Origin: an uncultured virus (IMG/VR IMGVR_UViG_2654587763_000002)
Taxonomy: Duplodnaviria > Heunggongvirae > Uroviricota > Caudoviricetes
Virus record (IMG/VR): IMGVR_UViG_2654587763_000002
Strand: one strand, 5' to 3'
Length of the DNA: 50,930 bases
Part shown: piece after piece, positions 48,763-50,930 of the stretch
Layout: each line of letters begins with the position of its first letter
How positions within the stretch are numbered: the stretch's first letter is position 1
Notes under the pieces: generated by a model
The model's input: only the letters and a program-made list of their open reading frames with translations
The model's database searches: none
What the model was told of the DNA's origin: nothing
Position numbers and translations under genes: made by a program

Positions 48763-50709
48763 ATGGCCAGAACCGACGCCCGCCTGGAGCTGCAGAAGGC
48801 CCGCAAGTCGTCCGCTGCCCTGGAGCTGAACCCGGCCATGGTGGTGCGCTATGTGGCCGTGCTGCAGGGCACCTGTCTGCCGCCCACCTTCGCCAGCTCC
48901 CCCGGGCTGGTGCTGCCTGCCGTCTTGCAGGGGCAGGGGCAGGCACTGCTGACAGATGTCACGATCACGCCCATCCATCCGGCTACCCTGGCCAGCACGG
49001 CCCCTGCCACGGTCACGGACATCACCGCCAGCGTGGTGATCGATGCGACGTTGGCTGTGACGGCGCGGGCCGCGCTCAACCAGATTGAGGCGGGCTATGA
49101 CATCAACGTGTTTAGGGGGCCGAGCCACACCAGCCGGGGGCAATGGCAGCAAGCCCAGGATGTAGTGACCAGCGTCACCAGCCACTGGGAGCGGCCCGGG
49201 GTGGCCCAGGCGCACCATCAGCAGTCCTGGCAAGAGGGCACGGTGCTGGAGAGCACCCTGGTGGGTGTCGCGGCCCCGATGCCGCGCTGCGATAACCTGG
49301 TGCAGGATCGCTTTGAAGAAGGCCCGGCACTGGGCACGACCCACGGCACCGGCTTTACCAGCCTTCCGCGCTGCGATGTCACTCCGCGCTCGCCGTGGCG
49401 TGAGGCCACCAGGGCGGGGTGCTGGCAGGTGAGCGGTTATCGTGACCTGCCGCGCCTGGACAACGAGTGGCAGGGCGGCTGGTCCCAGGGTATCGGGCTG
49501 GGGTTCACCCTGACCGGCCAGCGCTGGCAGTGGGGCCTGCCTCTTCGCAAAAGCTGGCGGGATGGGTGGGACGAGGCGATACAGCCCCCCTGGGGCATCA
49601 CGCCGCCCCCCAAGCCCCCCATCACCCCGGAGCGCCCGGACAAGCGCAGCCGCAAGCTGGTGTTCGGCCGCCCCCGGGGGGATGCCTCCCTGGAGTTTGT
49701 CTGGTTCGGGCAAGCCCACATCGTTATTCCAACCCGGAGGGTTTACCTGGTGAGCAACGCAGCACAGATAGTGCGAGTCAGGGACGGGCTCGACATTCCC
49801 GCCACCTCGCTGAGCATCGAGCTCGACACCGACTCCTGGGCCTGGCAGTTCACGGCCCAGATCCCCCGCATCGCGGCAGCCGAGATGACGGACGAGGAGG
49901 AGGTAAGCATCTTCGTCAACGGCCAGCAGTGGGATTGTGTGTGCGATGGTTGGCAATCAAGCCAGAGTTTCGCCCGAGAGTCGGCGACCCTCACCGGGCG
50001 CTCTCGCACCGCCTATTTGTCACCGACCCATGTCTTACCCCAGGCAGTGAGCGAGATCGGTGCTGCGACCATGGCCCAGCTCGCAGAGGCGCTGCTGCCG
50101 TTCGGCTGGACCCTGGACTGGCAGGCGCCGGATTGGCTGGTACCTGGCGGCTTCTTCAGCCTCGATAGCCAGACTCCCATCGAGGCGATCAAGTACCTGG
50201 CCGAGGCGGCAGGTGGGTTCGTGTTGCCGCACCAGTGCGATCGGCACCTGGTCATCAAGCCGCGCTATCCGACCGTGCCCTGGCAGCTTGATGGGGCGCT
50301 GGCCGACGTGGCCATCCCCCGCGCCATCATTACGACGCTGGGCAGCGACTTCCAGCCGGGGCAGCCGGCAAACGGCATCTATGTCAGCGGTGGCCATCAG
50401 GGCATCAATGCCCGGGTGCTGCGCCAAGGCACAGCAGGGGAGCGGCAGGCTTTGGCCATCACCCACCCGCTGGTGTGCGATGTGGTGGCGGCCCGCGCCC
50501 AGGGTGTGGTGGGGCTGGCCAAGACCATGCCGAAGCGCACCCAGACCATCCAGCTGCCGTTGTCTGCCGATACGGGGCTTATTCTGCCCGGGGCGTTGCT
50601 CGCGGTGGATGGCTGGAAGGGATACAACCGGGGCGTCAGGGTCTCTGCTGAGCTACAGAACAAGGCCATGACGGTGCGCCAGCAACTGAGTGTGGAGCGA
50701 TTTGTATGA
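48763..50709 (+). CDS. Tail/baseplate hub-like protein
   Basis: Trp-repeat central region; C-terminal LSIELDTDSWAWQF...LTGRS...IKYLAEAAGG hub-like region. Confidence 0.65.
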   Translation: MARTDARLELQKARKSSAALELNPAMVVRYVAVLQGTCLPPTFASSPGLVLPAVLQGQGQALLTDVTITPIHPATLASTAPATVTDITASVVIDATLAVTARAALNQIEAGYDINVFRGPSHTSRGQWQQAQDVVTSVTSHWERPGVAQAHHQQSWQEGTVLESTLVGVAAPMPRCDNLVQDRFEEGPALGTTHGTGFTSLPRCDVTPRSPWREATRAGCWQVSGYRDLPRLDNEWQGGWSQGIGLGFTLTGQRWQWGLPLRKSWRDGWDEAIQPPWGITPPPKPPITPERPDKRSRKLVFGRPRGDASLEFVWFGQAHIVIPTRRVYLVSNAAQIVRVRDGLDIPATSLSIELDTDSWAWQFTAQIPRIAAAEMTDEEEVSIFVNGQQWDCVCDGWQSSQSFARESATLTGRSRTAYLSPTHVLPQAVSEIGAATMAQLAEALLPFGWTLDWQAPDWLVPGGFFSLDSQTPIEAIKYLAEAAGGFVLPHQCDRHLVIKPRYPTVPWQLDGALADVAIPRAIITTLGSDFQPGQPANGIYVSGGHQGINARVLRQGTAGERQALAITHPLVCDVVAARAQGVVGLAKTMPKRTQTIQLPLSADTGLILPGALLAVDGWKGYNRGVRVSAELQNKAMTVRQQLSVERFV

Positions 50710-50930
50710 ACCTGTTCAAGCAGTTCCGGGAGCTGATACCCGGTGCCGACCCGTTGCTGGTCGGTACCGTCACCGCAACGACGGGTACCAGTACCACGCT
50801 TGAGACCCCGGGCGGGGGCGTGGTGATTGTGCGTGGGGGAGGTGTGGCCATCGGCCAGAAGGCGTTTTATCAGGGAGGCGCCATCATTGGGCCCGCACCT
50901 GATTTACCAACCTATGAAATCGAGGTTTAA
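50706..50930 (+). CDS. Small tail protein
   Basis: 74 aa, ATGA-coupled, MNLFKQFRELIP...LVGTV. Confidence 0.65.
   Translation: MNLFKQFRELIPGADPLLVGTVTATTGTSTTLETPGGGVVIVRGGGVAIGQKAFYQGGAIIGPAPDLPTYEIEV

Larger units (their letters stand above)
1669..50930. mobile_element. Temperate lambdoid/HK97-like prophage integrated at the 5' end of ettA; right end outside window
   Basis: Integrase abuts ettA; complete ordered modules for immunity, replication, Q, lysis, packaging, head and tail. Confidence 0.93.

Noticed and set aside
46678..50930. Diversity-generating retroelement or invertible fibre cassette
   Set aside because: No reverse transcriptase, invertase or TR/VR repeat pair seen in the window; one could lie beyond the right edge

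Overview
The window holds the host gene ettA (yjjK, 1-1668, minus strand), followed by about 49 kb of an apparently intact temperate siphovirus-type prophage integrated at the ettA 5' end. The right end and the second att site lie beyond the window. The host is probably an Aeromonas-like gammaproteobacterium (inference from composition and protein style). Module order: int/xis; a leftward early operon (ssb, two DNA methyltransferases) behind a ~900-nt hairpin-rich leader; cI/cro/cII with CTAAC-N5-GTTAG operators; O/P replication; a nin-like region with a LexA-boxed antirepressor; Q; an ~8-kb cargo block; lysis genes; HNH/cos/terminase; an HK97-type head; and a non-contractile tail with a low-GC moron. 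The cargo block carries an orphan GNAT-like gene pair, two AbiTii-like paralogs flanking a CaiF/GrlA-like regulator, umuDC plus SRAP, and a DUF1778-GNAT toxin-antitoxin pair. Best novelty candidates: (1) the tandem AbiTii-like paralogs sharing an amyloid-like linker, (2) the strand-specific GNRA-hairpin RNA in the pL leader where an N gene would be expected, and (3) the orphan GNAT-like/small-protein module. All family calls come from motif recognition by eye, not database searches.
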